Shown piece by piece: positions 8,892-18,700 of a DNA stretch of 64,000 nucleotides (the first letter of the stretch is position 1; every line of letters begins with the position of its first letter). The DNA is taken from positions 2,422 to 66,421 of the forward strand of contig CAYHWL010000001.1 in assembly GCA_964359785.1 (NCBI GenBank), read 5' to 3'. The position numbers and the translations under genes are program-made. The notes below the pieces were generated by a model. That model saw only the letters and a program-made list of their open reading frames with translations, made no database searches and was not told the origin of the DNA. This DNA is from an uncultured Methanosarcinales archaeon. Its GTDB lineage: Archaea > Nanobdellota > Nanobdellia > Woesearchaeales > JAGWAF01.

Positions 8892-9353
8892 TCATCGCTT
8901 GTACGCCCAGTCAGCGGCTTGCGGGCTGGAGAGGAAATCATGCTCTTTTAGGGAGTCTATCACATAATGGGTCACTTTGTTGCGGATACCGTACTGTCTC
9001 TCCAATAGGTCAAAGAGATTTTCGACCTCTTTCACATTGGAGAATATCCCTTCGAAGAGGAAGTCATACCCATTGTTTATCCTCCATAGATTATTGACGT
9101 GGGGATGGCCCATCAAGAATTGTTTCACGTCCTCTTTGTCCTTTGCGCGCACTGATAGCAGCACATATGCCCTTGTGGAGAATCCTATCATGGAAAAATC
9201 AGGCACTGCGGTGAATTTCTTGATGAATTTCTGTTTTGTTAGCCTCTCGTATAGTGTCGACACAGGTATCCCTGTGAGCTTGCTCATCTCGGTGAGTTGT
9301 ATCCGGGCATTGTTGCGTAGATGGCATAGCATTATTAGGTCTTTTTTGTTCAT
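8892..9353 (-). CDS. lrp: Lrp/AsnC family transcriptional regulator
   Basis: 153 aa. N-terminal HTH (LTEMSKLTGIPVSTLYERL) and a C-terminal RAM-like domain (…YVLLSVRAKDKEDVKQFLMGHPHVNNLWRINNGYDFLFEG…). Confidence 0.85.
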   Translation of the reverse strand: MNKKDLIMLCHLRNNARIQLTEMSKLTGIPVSTLYERLTKQKFIKKFTAVPDFSMIGFSTRAYVLLSVRAKDKEDVKQFLMGHPHVNNLWRINNGYDFLFEGIFSNVKEVENLFDLLERQYGIRNKVTHYVIDSLKEHDFLSSPQAADWAYKR

Positions 9354-9401
9354 GGGAGCACCTCAAGTTCAGTCGGTGCTTTTGGACCTGATAATCCTTG
9401 G

Positions 9402-9427
9402 CCTTATACCTTATAAGATACCTTATA
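9402..9427. promoter_or_regulatory. three CCTTATA direct repeats in the divergent Lrp / PhoU-like promoter region
   Basis: Sequence gCCTTATACCTTATAagataCCTTATAcatatatat. It lies between the Lrp TATA box and the Lrp start, and upstream of the TATA box (9445..9456) of the AbrB-PhoU gene. Confidence 0.3.
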
Positions 9428-9475
9428 CATATATATTTCGAGAAAATTTATATACTTACAGGAAATTGAGCTCTC

Positions 9476-10402
9476 ATGCGTAGACATGCGATTCAATTGG
9501 CGAAGAATACTCTGGTGGTCTCTCTTCCTTCGGATTGGGTGAAGCAAAACGGCATCAAGAAAGGGGATTCCTTGAATATCGAGAGCAAAGGGAATCAGTT
9601 GATAATCGCTGGAGAGGGAAAAAAGGCGGTGACAAGCGTCCTGCTAGACACCAAAGGTTTGAATGAACGGAGCCTGCGATGGGCATTCTCCTCTCTGCAA
9701 AAACAAGGTGTTGATGAGATTGAGGTCAGACCTATCTCTCCATTGATAATCAAGCTCTCTCAAGAGATCGTGAGGGATCTCTTTGTCGGGTTTGCGATTG
9801 TGTCGCAAAAAGACAACTCTCTTCTGATCCGCAAGATCTCAAAGGACGCGGTGGATCAGTTCGGCGCCATCATGCGTAGGGCTTTTCTTGTCACTGTGTC
9901 TCTTGCCGAAGGGTTCGCTGATGCGCTTGAACGTGGGGATTTCGAAGAAGCCAGATCTCTGGGATATCTAGAGAAGACGAATAATCAGTTGACGAATTTC
10001 TGTCAGCGATTGATCAATCGGGGTGAAGCTGGTGTTGGATATTCTTCATTCTATTATGTCATTCTCTGGAACATGGAGAAGATAGCTGACGAATACAAAG
10101 CCATGAGTCTCCTCTTGCCAAAAAAGCCAAATATCAGTCCAGGTATGGCTAAGTCCCAAAAGGGGGTTGCAGCGCTGGTAAGGGGGTATTATGATGTTTT
10201 TTATGAAGGGGATGCAAGACAGCTCGGTTTGCTTTCTGAGAGGAAAGCGGCCCTGGAGCAGTCACTTCTCCTTCTGCTGGAGAGGCAGGACAAGACACAG
10301 AGATTGCTTGCGCATCATCTTCTTGATATTGTCTCAAGACTGCAGGATTTCTCCGCCAGTTTCATGACGGTTCGTGGTCTTTTTCAAGTTCAAGAGCTAT
10401 GA
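9476..10402 (+). CDS. phoU: archaeal PhoU-family regulator with an N-terminal SpoVT/AbrB swapped-hairpin domain
   Basis: The N-terminus LAKNTLVVSLPSDWVKQNGIKKGDSLNIE is AbrB-like. The central and C-terminal helices resemble the PhoU domain (…NMEKIADEYKAM…). Confidence 0.6.
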   Translation: MRRHAIQLAKNTLVVSLPSDWVKQNGIKKGDSLNIESKGNQLIIAGEGKKAVTSVLLDTKGLNERSLRWAFSSLQKQGVDEIEVRPISPLIIKLSQEIVRDLFVGFAIVSQKDNSLLIRKISKDAVDQFGAIMRRAFLVTVSLAEGFADALERGDFEEARSLGYLEKTNNQLTNFCQRLINRGEAGVGYSSFYYVILWNMEKIADEYKAMSLLLPKKPNISPGMAKSQKGVAALVRGYYDVFYEGDARQLGLLSERKAALEQSLLLLLERQDKTQRLLAHHLLDIVSRLQDFSASFMTVRGLFQVQEL

Positions 10403-13190
10403 CTTGGAGATTTCCGGCATACGCATCCTCATCGCTAATCATGGAGATGATTCTTGCCCCGTTATGCAGGACTTCTCTTCGTTTTGGCCGCATTGATTCG
10501 CGGTTTGGGCTGCTCCATGCTCCGCACAATGCGACTGCGCGATAATGTATAGCTCCTTGCAGTGATTGTAGGTAATCATCGCTCCTTATCTCGGGACAGA
10601 ACATCTCATGGTGGTTCTTCGCCGCGTCCATCACGATTTTATAGTCGATATCTTGATCAAAGAGAAGAAGATTTGCGATATCGCAAGTGGCAGGAAGCGT
10701 CTCGTATGCGTTTTGCATATCTATCTTCACCGGTTTTTCTCCCATGATGAAATTCATTGGATGTGCGTCTTGGTTTGGCGCGGGAGGACATTTCATCAAC
10801 TGCTCTATGATATAAGATGACATTCTCTTTGTCTGCGCATTGATATCCCGATTTATTTCAAGCCCATCTATCCTTCGATGATACGATTCCGATATATCCC
10901 TGGGTTTCACGCCAGGCACTGGCAATGAATGCAGTTCTGCCAAAAAGAGTGATATCCGATTGTACTCATCACCCACTTGCCTGGATTGTATCATCTCATA
11001 CATTGTCTTTCCATTCTCAAAATGCGTGAGCAGTAATGGTGATTTGCCTTGTATCACATTGATTGGACGGACGACTTTCCCATTCCGAAATTCATTATGA
11101 TGATAATGTTTAGACAGCATAAGCTCCCTGCATGCCTCATCCATGGATGCCATCTCCTTGAGCATGAACGACGCCCCTTTTTTGCTGGTATAGTGTGCCA
11201 CTCTATGGCTGCATTCACTTAGTGAATCGCAGGCGAATTCCGAATTGGCGGCTATCTTCACCGCTGCGATGCCCAGGAGAGTGTTCGAATATTGCTCGTC
11301 ATATTTTGCCATGACGGCGCCTTCGATCAGATATGCTTCGGTGCTATGCCCCATTAGAAGTATCAACTGATCCGTGTATTTTCTGATATCAGGCAGGCTA
11401 TTTCCCATGACAGCGGTGTATTGCGCGGCTAAAAGATTGTGCAGATCCGGTTTTCTAGCCAGGTTTATGCCCCTTCTATTTATCAAATTGAAGAATATAT
11501 CCGTAGTTTTGTTGACAAGAGTGGATCCGTCGAATCCATGCCTAAATGATCGTTCATACGCTTCTATATCTGGCAGTTCATTTGTGTCCGCGACGGTTTC
11601 AGTGAGATAAGGGCGCATCTCATCCGGGACATTCATAAGCTCATTGGATGTTGGGATTCCAGATTTATCCTTTTTGAAAGCGCGTTTCCATATATGGAGA
11701 AAGCTTGTCAATCTTGGTTTCCGGCAATTAGCTCCAAACATCAGCATAGGATGGATAAGATAAGCCCCGGCTAATCCATAAGCGAGGGCTGGAATAGTTA
11801 TCTCCAAAGCAAAAACAGGGCTTGCGCTTGAGATCTCAATAGCTCTACGGAATAGTCCAAGGCTGAGGTATCCTCCAAAACACAGAGCGCTTGTCAGGGG
11901 ATGGTCGGTTATCACATCGATAGGCAGACTCAATGTTCTCTCTAAACATTCTGCTGACAGAGCGTCTCTTGTATCCGCCCTCCGATTGGATCTCAATAGG
12001 TATCCAGCGGATAATGCTATCATTATTGTTGGCAGTATCTGTTTCCATGGAGGAGGGATCTTGACTGTCTTTGGAGTGAGTTGTGTATGTTTGCCATTGA
12101 CGATGTCTATGGAATAGATAAGTCCATCACGATTGTCTATGTGACTGCCGCACAATACCGCTAGGTTTCTCCCGTCTAACCACTTATAGGGCCTCTCATC
12201 ATGATGGAGGGGAGTGAGTCTTCTTATGGCCCCCTCATTTTCATAGATAAGGATCTCGTTCATGTGGGTATCCCATTTCTTGATCAAGACCACCGCGTCA
12301 TGGTTTATGGGATTGTGTAAGATTGAGAGGATTCTGCCAGGCAGATTCTCTCTTTTTATCGAGTCGCCTATCCGTTTTGCCAATACATTCTTTTCTGCAT
12401 ACCATATCTGCTTGCCGTCGCTAGATATGCTGGCGCATGCGGGTCTTGGAGAGATATTTTGCCTCATCTCTAATCCATTCGCGCAGATCTCATATACTGC
12501 CATAGAACTCTCCTTGGAAAATAGGGCGAATGATCGTGGGCCATGCCGGATGACATCTTCAAGTTTTCCGAGATTTGCACCTATCTGACGGGTGTGATTT
12601 GGCCCAAGTATAGCTATCGAGTCATCAGCATGCTGTGCCAAGAAAAGATCAGTCCCTATAAGGTAGGCATTGGAGATCTCTTTTGTCGAGCGCACAATCT
12701 CCCCGTCATCTAGTCGTATCAATCGGCCTTTTGCCCCATCGGTCTCATGTGAATTGAGAAGAAGGTATTTTTCAGAGAACACTTTGGATGATCCATCTGG
12801 ATTCTTGAGCTCCTTTCTTGTTCCTTTCTCTAGGTTTGACAATGCGCAAGAAGACCCGTCAAAGGATTGTGTGATTACTGATTTGCCATCTAAAGAGACC
12901 AAGGAGGCCATCTCTTCTATTCCTAGCGGAGTGATGTTTCTGATACCCGAATCAGTGAGCTCATAGACAGATCTCTTGCCGTGAGCATCTTCCATGGCGC
13001 ACAGATGTCTAGAAAGGTCACTGCTGTACAAAGATAGATTATTTGGCGTCTGTCTATACATCCTCAATGCGGCACTTCTCTTGGGATCACGGTCATTAGA
13101 CCCCCATGCCAAACCAGCCACAACCGCCCCAGATAATAGAGCGTCCCGAATTCCCCGTCTTGCCCCCCATACTTTCTCCCATAGGCTCAT
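10362..13190 (-). CDS. 942-aa membrane protein with an extracellular TolB/PD40-like beta-propeller and a C-terminal aminoglycoside-phosphotransferase / protein-kinase-like domain
   Basis: An N-terminal TM helix (DALLSGAVVAGLAWG) is followed by repeated TolB-like blades (…SVYELTDSGIRNITPL…SLDGKSVI…, …ILIYENEGAIRRLTPL…) and three TM helices. The C-terminal domain carries a kinase-like catalytic loop QDAHPMNFIM (compare HGDLHPGNIL) and KIDMQNAY (compare IDFE/DFG). It is the last gene of the pilin-like operon. Confidence 0.6.
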   Translation of the reverse strand: MSLWEKVWGARRGIRDALLSGAVVAGLAWGSNDRDPKRSAALRMYRQTPNNLSLYSSDLSRHLCAMEDAHGKRSVYELTDSGIRNITPLGIEEMASLVSLDGKSVITQSFDGSSCALSNLEKGTRKELKNPDGSSKVFSEKYLLLNSHETDGAKGRLIRLDDGEIVRSTKEISNAYLIGTDLFLAQHADDSIAILGPNHTRQIGANLGKLEDVIRHGPRSFALFSKESSMAVYEICANGLEMRQNISPRPACASISSDGKQIWYAEKNVLAKRIGDSIKRENLPGRILSILHNPINHDAVVLIKKWDTHMNEILIYENEGAIRRLTPLHHDERPYKWLDGRNLAVLCGSHIDNRDGLIYSIDIVNGKHTQLTPKTVKIPPPWKQILPTIMIALSAGYLLRSNRRADTRDALSAECLERTLSLPIDVITDHPLTSALCFGGYLSLGLFRRAIEISSASPVFALEITIPALAYGLAGAYLIHPMLMFGANCRKPRLTSFLHIWKRAFKKDKSGIPTSNELMNVPDEMRPYLTETVADTNELPDIEAYERSFRHGFDGSTLVNKTTDIFFNLINRRGINLARKPDLHNLLAAQYTAVMGNSLPDIRKYTDQLILLMGHSTEAYLIEGAVMAKYDEQYSNTLLGIAAVKIAANSEFACDSLSECSHRVAHYTSKKGASFMLKEMASMDEACRELMLSKHYHHNEFRNGKVVRPINVIQGKSPLLLTHFENGKTMYEMIQSRQVGDEYNRISLFLAELHSLPVPGVKPRDISESYHRRIDGLEINRDINAQTKRMSSYIIEQLMKCPPAPNQDAHPMNFIMGEKPVKIDMQNAYETLPATCDIANLLLFDQDIDYKIVMDAAKNHHEMFCPEIRSDDYLQSLQGAIHYRAVALCGAWSSPNRESMRPKRREVLHNGARIISMISDEDAYAGNLQVIALELEKDHEPS

Positions 13191-13228
13191 AGATGGAAAA
13201 AATCTGATTTAGCTTAAAAAGATGGACT

Positions 13229-13723
13229 TTAGGCGTCACAGATGTCAAGGGTCACTCTTATCGGGAGATTGCCCCCCAGTGACGCGGGGATTATCTGGCT
13301 CGCTTGGTCTTTTGTCCCTTTGCATTGTTTGCCAAGGGGTGTGTCTATGTCTCTTACGCCAGTTATTGTCAGATAGTACTGCTTGTTTTCTGGTACAAGT
13401 GCGATTTCTAGGACTTGTTTGTTTAGCACTGCGTTGATATATTGACAGCTGTTGTCCCCTCTGATATTCCCGATGTCGCTTGTGCATTTCGCCAATCGCT
13501 CACCTGCGCAGTCTTGCAGCAGTTGTCTAAATGTATTTTTTTGACAGCCTGTGGTGGTGCCAAGCATTGTGTTGAGGAAGCTTGCTGCGAGTCTTTTTTG
13601 TTCATATCCGTGCTGGATATTCTCTGTGGGTTTGTTGATGATAGAAAGCGCGAACAATACCCCCAGGCTCACGAGTATCACTATGATCGCAAGCCCCATT
13701 ATCTCCATCTGTCCCCTACGCAT
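13229..13723 (-). CDS. pilin-like protein (class III signal peptide MRRGQMEIMGLAIIVILVSLGVLFAL)
   Basis: N-terminal KRG|Q followed by a hydrophobic helix. It overlaps its upstream neighbour. Confidence 0.6.
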   Translation of the reverse strand: MRRGQMEIMGLAIIVILVSLGVLFALSIINKPTENIQHGYEQKRLAASFLNTMLGTTTGCQKNTFRQLLQDCAGERLAKCTSDIGNIRGDNSCQYINAVLNKQVLEIALVPENKQYYLTITGVRDIDTPLGKQCKGTKDQASQIIPASLGGNLPIRVTLDICDA

Positions 13724-14213
13724 AGATCCTCACCTTTAGTATTCCAAATGAGTATGTCTTCTTTGCGCTGTCCTGTATCAATACTGGGATGACGCTGGGT
13801 ATCACGGATGTGGCATTCGCCAGTTTGTTGTTGTATAATTGATAGGTATGCCTGTTGGGGTATATCTCTTCGATTGTGACATTCGTATTGCGAAAGACAG
13901 TGTAGTACTGTTCGCGTAAGGTAGCATTATTGTTCAATAACCATGTGAAATTGGCTATCTTGGCTTTATCAAAGCATCTCTCCACCTGTTCCCCTACCCT
14001 GATACAATCCAGTTCTGGGATAGTGCTTATTTTCTGCGAAAGCACTATTGTCTGCAATTGAAGCTCCCGTTCGTAGTCTTTTCCTGCCTGTGCTTTAGAT
14101 ATCAAAAAGTAGAATGAAAGCCCAAATGCGATGAGGAAAAAGAATATGATGAGGACTGCGATAGTCTCAAACATCTGTATCTGCCCTTTTCTTGTGGTTA
14201 TCACGGTTGCCAT
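13716..14213 (-). CDS. pilin-like protein (…TTRKGQIQMFETIAVLIIFFFLIAFGL)
   Basis: Class III-like signal peptide. 165 aa. Confidence 0.6.
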   Translation of the reverse strand: MATVITTRKGQIQMFETIAVLIIFFFLIAFGLSFYFLISKAQAGKDYERELQLQTIVLSQKISTIPELDCIRVGEQVERCFDKAKIANFTWLLNNNATLREQYYTVFRNTNVTIEEIYPNRHTYQLYNNKLANATSVIPSVIPVLIQDSAKKTYSFGILKVRIYA

Positions 14214-14214
14214 C

Positions 14215-15255
14215 TTAGTATATCTCCGGACAGCTTTTCCTGATGTATTCCAGTGACATGGTGGATAATTTGCTTATGTCTCCTGTGATATTGGTGGCGT
14301 CAGTGGCGACGCGCGCATGCCAAGCGAGTGTTTGCAGTGCGTTCACAGGCATGTCATAGTTCATGCCGCATAGATCTTTGTTATTGAATGATTCTGCTCG
14401 CATGGAATAGATATCTGCAAGTGATGCCAGCCGGATATACGCTTCTCTCATGTTGCATGCGTATTGTTTGAAATCTTCGGTGAATATCGCGGCCAGCAGA
14501 TCTCCATCGCTTGCGAATTGTCGGTTTCCTGCCGCGTTCCAGTTGCCGTATTTGTCTTTTGCGAACCAGTATACCGCCTTATGGTCCATATCTATATTGA
14601 GACAGCTGTAATCCTGTCCTTCAAGGGTTGCCATGGTGGGGATATCCTTTGTGCATCCGCCTTGTCCTTGCAACAAGAAGAACACCAGCCTCAATTTTCC
14701 ACCGTCATTGCGTATGTTCTTGGCTCGGTTTACGGCGTCAAGTCCCGTGGCGTTGGCTCTGTTGATGTTGTCTGGGATCATAGATAGTATCCTTCGTATT
14801 TCTGGTGTCAATACTGGTACGGCCATGACGTATTTCACACGTTGATTGGTGGCTATCAAGAAATTCGTCACGCGGAATGGCGCGGCCCAATCGACTGAAT
14901 AGAGCACCATGTTTGGTCCTGTGATTGTTTTGGGCCCAAAGATCAAGGTATCCCCAAACTCCTTTGTTATCGACCCGATGCGGTATCTGCAATCACAGTC
15001 TTCGCAGGAGAAATCGACATCGAGTTCTGGGAATTCGATGAGTTGCGCTGTCCCTTTGGCGGTCTGGGCTCCAGCGGCGATTGCGGAGAGGTCAGATATC
15101 AGGCTCTCTGCGCTTGATTGCTCACTTGCGGTTTTTTGTTTTTGTATGAATCCAAAGAAGGTGATTAGTATTATTCCCCCTGCGATCAGGATAAATACCC
15201 AGTTGATGGGTACTTCTAATTGCCCGGCTCGGTTATTCATTGTTCTTCTTGCCAT
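14215..15255 (-). CDS. pilin-like protein (MARRTMNNRAGQLEVPINWVFILIAGGIILITFF)
   Basis: RAG|Q followed by a hydrophobic helix. 346 aa, Cys-containing extracellular part. Confidence 0.55.
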   Translation of the reverse strand: MARRTMNNRAGQLEVPINWVFILIAGGIILITFFGFIQKQKTASEQSSAESLISDLSAIAAGAQTAKGTAQLIEFPELDVDFSCEDCDCRYRIGSITKEFGDTLIFGPKTITGPNMVLYSVDWAAPFRVTNFLIATNQRVKYVMAVPVLTPEIRRILSMIPDNINRANATGLDAVNRAKNIRNDGGKLRLVFFLLQGQGGCTKDIPTMATLEGQDYSCLNIDMDHKAVYWFAKDKYGNWNAAGNRQFASDGDLLAAIFTEDFKQYACNMREAYIRLASLADIYSMRAESFNNKDLCGMNYDMPVNALQTLAWHARVATDATNITGDISKLSTMSLEYIRKSCPEIY

Positions 15256-15791
15256 TTGCCAACTTGTGTGGTCTTTCCAAGTCCCTCCAGACGCAAAGAG
15301 ACTGTTGATGACTCTATATTGTCTATGCAGAAGAATCCTTGGTTCTCAAGGACTGTTAGTGGCCCCACACGGATCTGTGTCTCGCTTGCGGGTTTGAGGA
15401 ATATGTTCTGGTCGCTTCCGCTTCGTACGGCGTCAGCCATTAGCGCGCTTTGGTTTTCAGCCAGGAAATCTACGCGGGTCTTGTATGTGTTAGGGCCTGT
15501 CTGTATCTGGGAGTCTGTGTAGCTACTTCCCTGGAACATCCTGTTATCGACAAAGCATATGGTCTCAAAACCAGGGCATAGCGTCAAGTCCATCCTGCGC
15601 ACGGTCCCGACAGATGCGGTCACTCGTTCTATCTGATTTTTGAGCGTGTTTTGCGTTTCTATCACGCAGACTTGACTTTTCATCTCTCCAAGAGTGGAGA
15701 TAGACCGATATCCATAGAGGAGGATCATGGCGAATATTATCGCGCCTAATACAAACAGTAACGCTTGTCCTAGTATCTGGGCACGTCTCAT
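15237..15791 (-). CDS. pilin-like protein (MRRAQILGQALLFVLGAIIFAMILLYG)
   Basis: Class III-like N-terminus. Its start overlaps the giant gene's stop (15788..15791). Confidence 0.6.
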   Translation of the reverse strand: MRRAQILGQALLFVLGAIIFAMILLYGYRSISTLGEMKSQVCVIETQNTLKNQIERVTASVGTVRRMDLTLCPGFETICFVDNRMFQGSSYTDSQIQTGPNTYKTRVDFLAENQSALMADAVRSGSDQNIFLKPASETQIRVGPLTVLENQGFFCIDNIESSTVSLRLEGLGKTTQVGKWQEEQ

Positions 15792-18700
15792 TTTCTCCTC
15801 TTCACAGCTGGTTTCTTCCAGGTCTCAAATTGCTTTTGGATCAGGTCTTTGTTCTTTTCCCAATATGCCGCGGTGATCCGGAGTTTCTTGAATAGTTCTT
15901 CAAGGTCTTTCTTGCTTAACTTGCCTTTGCGTGCCAGATCCAATTTTTTCTTTAGCTCTTCACGTTCAGAATCGGTGAATCTCATCAAGGCCATGTTCTC
16001 CAGTGCCTGCATTTCAGGTGATAATGTGCTCTCTTCTCCTTTTGAGATGCCGCTAAAGCTTCTTAATTTACCAAATGCGCTTGTGTCAGGAGCGGCTTCT
16101 TTTTTGCCCAGTTTGCCTACAGCGATGTACTCCTCTTTTCCGGCGCCAGCCGTCCGTGTTGTCACGCTTGATTCGGGCAGGTTCTTTGCCATTCTTCCTG
16201 TTTCGGGTGGTGTTGTCATGCCAGAGCTAAGGTCCAGCTTTGGCATTTGCTCTTTTTTCTTCTCTTTATTCACTACATTTGAAGCGTTTTTAGTCCATAG
16301 GTAATAGAAGATGAATCCTCCTATGATGATTATGCTTGCTGTGAGTATCCATTTTGCCCAGTCGAAAGCTGGTGTGCTTGTGGCGTCGGTTGGATTGCTT
16401 CCCCCTATTATTTCTGCGCCATCGTGGTAGCCGTCTCCGTCTGTGTCAGAATTTGTGGGGTCCACAAATGATCCTGTCCTGTGGTAATAGTTGTATTCAT
16501 CCAGGTTTGTTGCGCCGTCTCCATCCGAGTCTTCCATAGCATCAGCGCTGTTCTTTGGATCAAATCCATATTTGCTCTCCCACCAATCAGGCACGCCATC
16601 TCCATCGGAATCAGGCGGTATGCTATTTGGGTCAGCTGGATTCGAGCCGGCAAGCACTTCTTCGCCATCTAGGTAGCTGTCTCCATCAGTGTCATTCTTG
16701 TGAGGATCCATATCTTGGCCGTTCTGGTTGAAGTGGTTGTATTCTTCCAGGTTTGTGAGACCGTCGCCGTCTGGATCTCCTGTCGCGTCATTAGGGTCGT
16801 TTGGATCAAGGTTATATTTTTTCTCCCACCAGTCAGGCATGCCATCCATATCTGTATCTTTGTCATCGCGTGGATAGCTTTTGCTGTCTGTCGGGTCTGT
16901 CCCGGCGTCGATCTCTGCCTTATCATTGAATCCATCCCCGTCGGTGTCAGCTTTGTTTGGGTCTATCTCTTTTCCGACCGTCTTAAGATACCTATACTCG
17001 GCGAAGTTACTTAGGCCGTCATTGTCATTGTCGAGATTTGCGTCCAAAGGATCGTTTGGATTGAGTCCATGCGCGCGTTCCCAATCATCGGGCATTCCGT
17101 CTCCATCGCTATCGACGTCGCTTGGTCTGCTGTTTGGGTCTATGGGGTTGGTGTTGGCTTTTACTTCAAGGCCATCAGGCGCCCCATCGCCATCGGTGTC
17201 CGCTTTTTTGGGGTTTATGTCTCTATTGTTGTCTTTGAAATAATTGTATTCTTCAAGATTGGTCATTCCATCCCCATCTGAATCCATACTTGCATCGCTG
17301 GCAGAATTAGGATTGAGGCCGTATTTTATCTCCCACCAATCAGGCATGCCATCTGCGTCCGAATCCTTGCCAGAGTCTTGGCAAGTGTGCGTGTCTGCTA
17401 TGGTTATCATGCATGCAAGTCCGCTGCCGCAATCGCTTGTTGTCTTGCATTGCAGGCCGTCTCCGCATTTTGTGGGGCACGCCCCTCCGCAATCAGTGTC
17501 GGTTTCTGTGCCATCTGTCGCATTATTCTCGCATCGGGGTGTCGCTTGACAGATGCCATAGGTGCATCGGCCGCCATTGCAGTCAGAGTCGTAGATACAG
17601 CTTGAGATATTGCGGCATTCGTCAAGGGTGCGGCAAGTGCGGTTTGGACGACTAGTGTCGTTGGATATCACAACAATTGTCCCATTTGACAGCACGATAG
17701 TGTTGTTATATGTCACAACAATTGTACCATTTGGCAGCACGGTAACAACAGGACACGCGCTGCAGCTTCCACCGCAATCTATTGCGGTTTCATCGCCGTT
17801 TCTTGCGCCATCTGTGCAGGAGACTGTCCTGCATATTCCGCCTAAGCATGAGGAGTTTAGACAATCCCAATTTACCGAACATCGCAAACCGTCTTTGCAC
17901 CCTAGGCAATTTCCGCCGCAATCAGTGGCTGTCTCTCTGCCGTCTGTTCGGTTATTGGAACACGTGAGTGGGCGTGAGGCGTTGTCTATTCTGACACCTG
18001 TTGACCGCATGATTGAGGAGTTTCTGCCAGCTCTATCTACTGCCTGCATCTCGAAGTAATAGCTCTCTGTGTTTCTAAGAGTTAGTCCTGTGACGACATT
18101 CGCGTGTTCAGGATTATTCTCACTCACTGGACCTCGTATGGCTGATCCGTTCTGGGCTCTTAGAGTATATGTATATCGGACTATTCCAGTATCCGGATCG
18201 CTTCCGTTATACCATAACGGCAGTCTGTCAAAGTCCGCGCTCACTTGAGAGTCTTCGAATTGTGTGCTGTCATTCACGATTAACATTGTGGGATCGCGCA
18301 AGTCGATCCAAAAATCAGTATTTACCTCTCCAGTCTCCGGTACTCCGCTTATCACGGTATTGCCTAGTGTCCTGCAGTTTGTCCGGGTGTTATGTCGTCC
18401 GCCGGAATTGACATCGAAATTGGTTGTGAGGTTGTGGACTTGGCTTCCGGCGCTCTCTGTGAGACGCACCACAGTGTCTATGGCAAATGAGCAGGTAGCG
18501 TCTTTATTAGATCCTATAGAGAATAATGCGGTGGGTATCCCAAATATCTTTCCGCTGGGAGTGTAATCAGTCAAGATGAACTGTCTGCCGGGGTCTACCC
18601 TAAATAGGATTGTGGCGCCAACTGATCCAAGACCTGATGCGCTCTTGCACGCGACCCGATAAGTATAGCTTCCTACATTTCCCACTGTCAGGTCTGTGAT

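Noticed and set aside
10149-10337. 62-aa minus-strand ORF inside the PhoU-like gene
   Set aside because: It is antisense within a well-supported CDS.
16200-17370. Possible CRISPR-like periodic repeats
   Set aside because: The repeats have a period of about 250 nt, lie inside a coding sequence, and encode TSP3 modules. There is no short direct repeat plus unique spacer architecture anywhere in the window.
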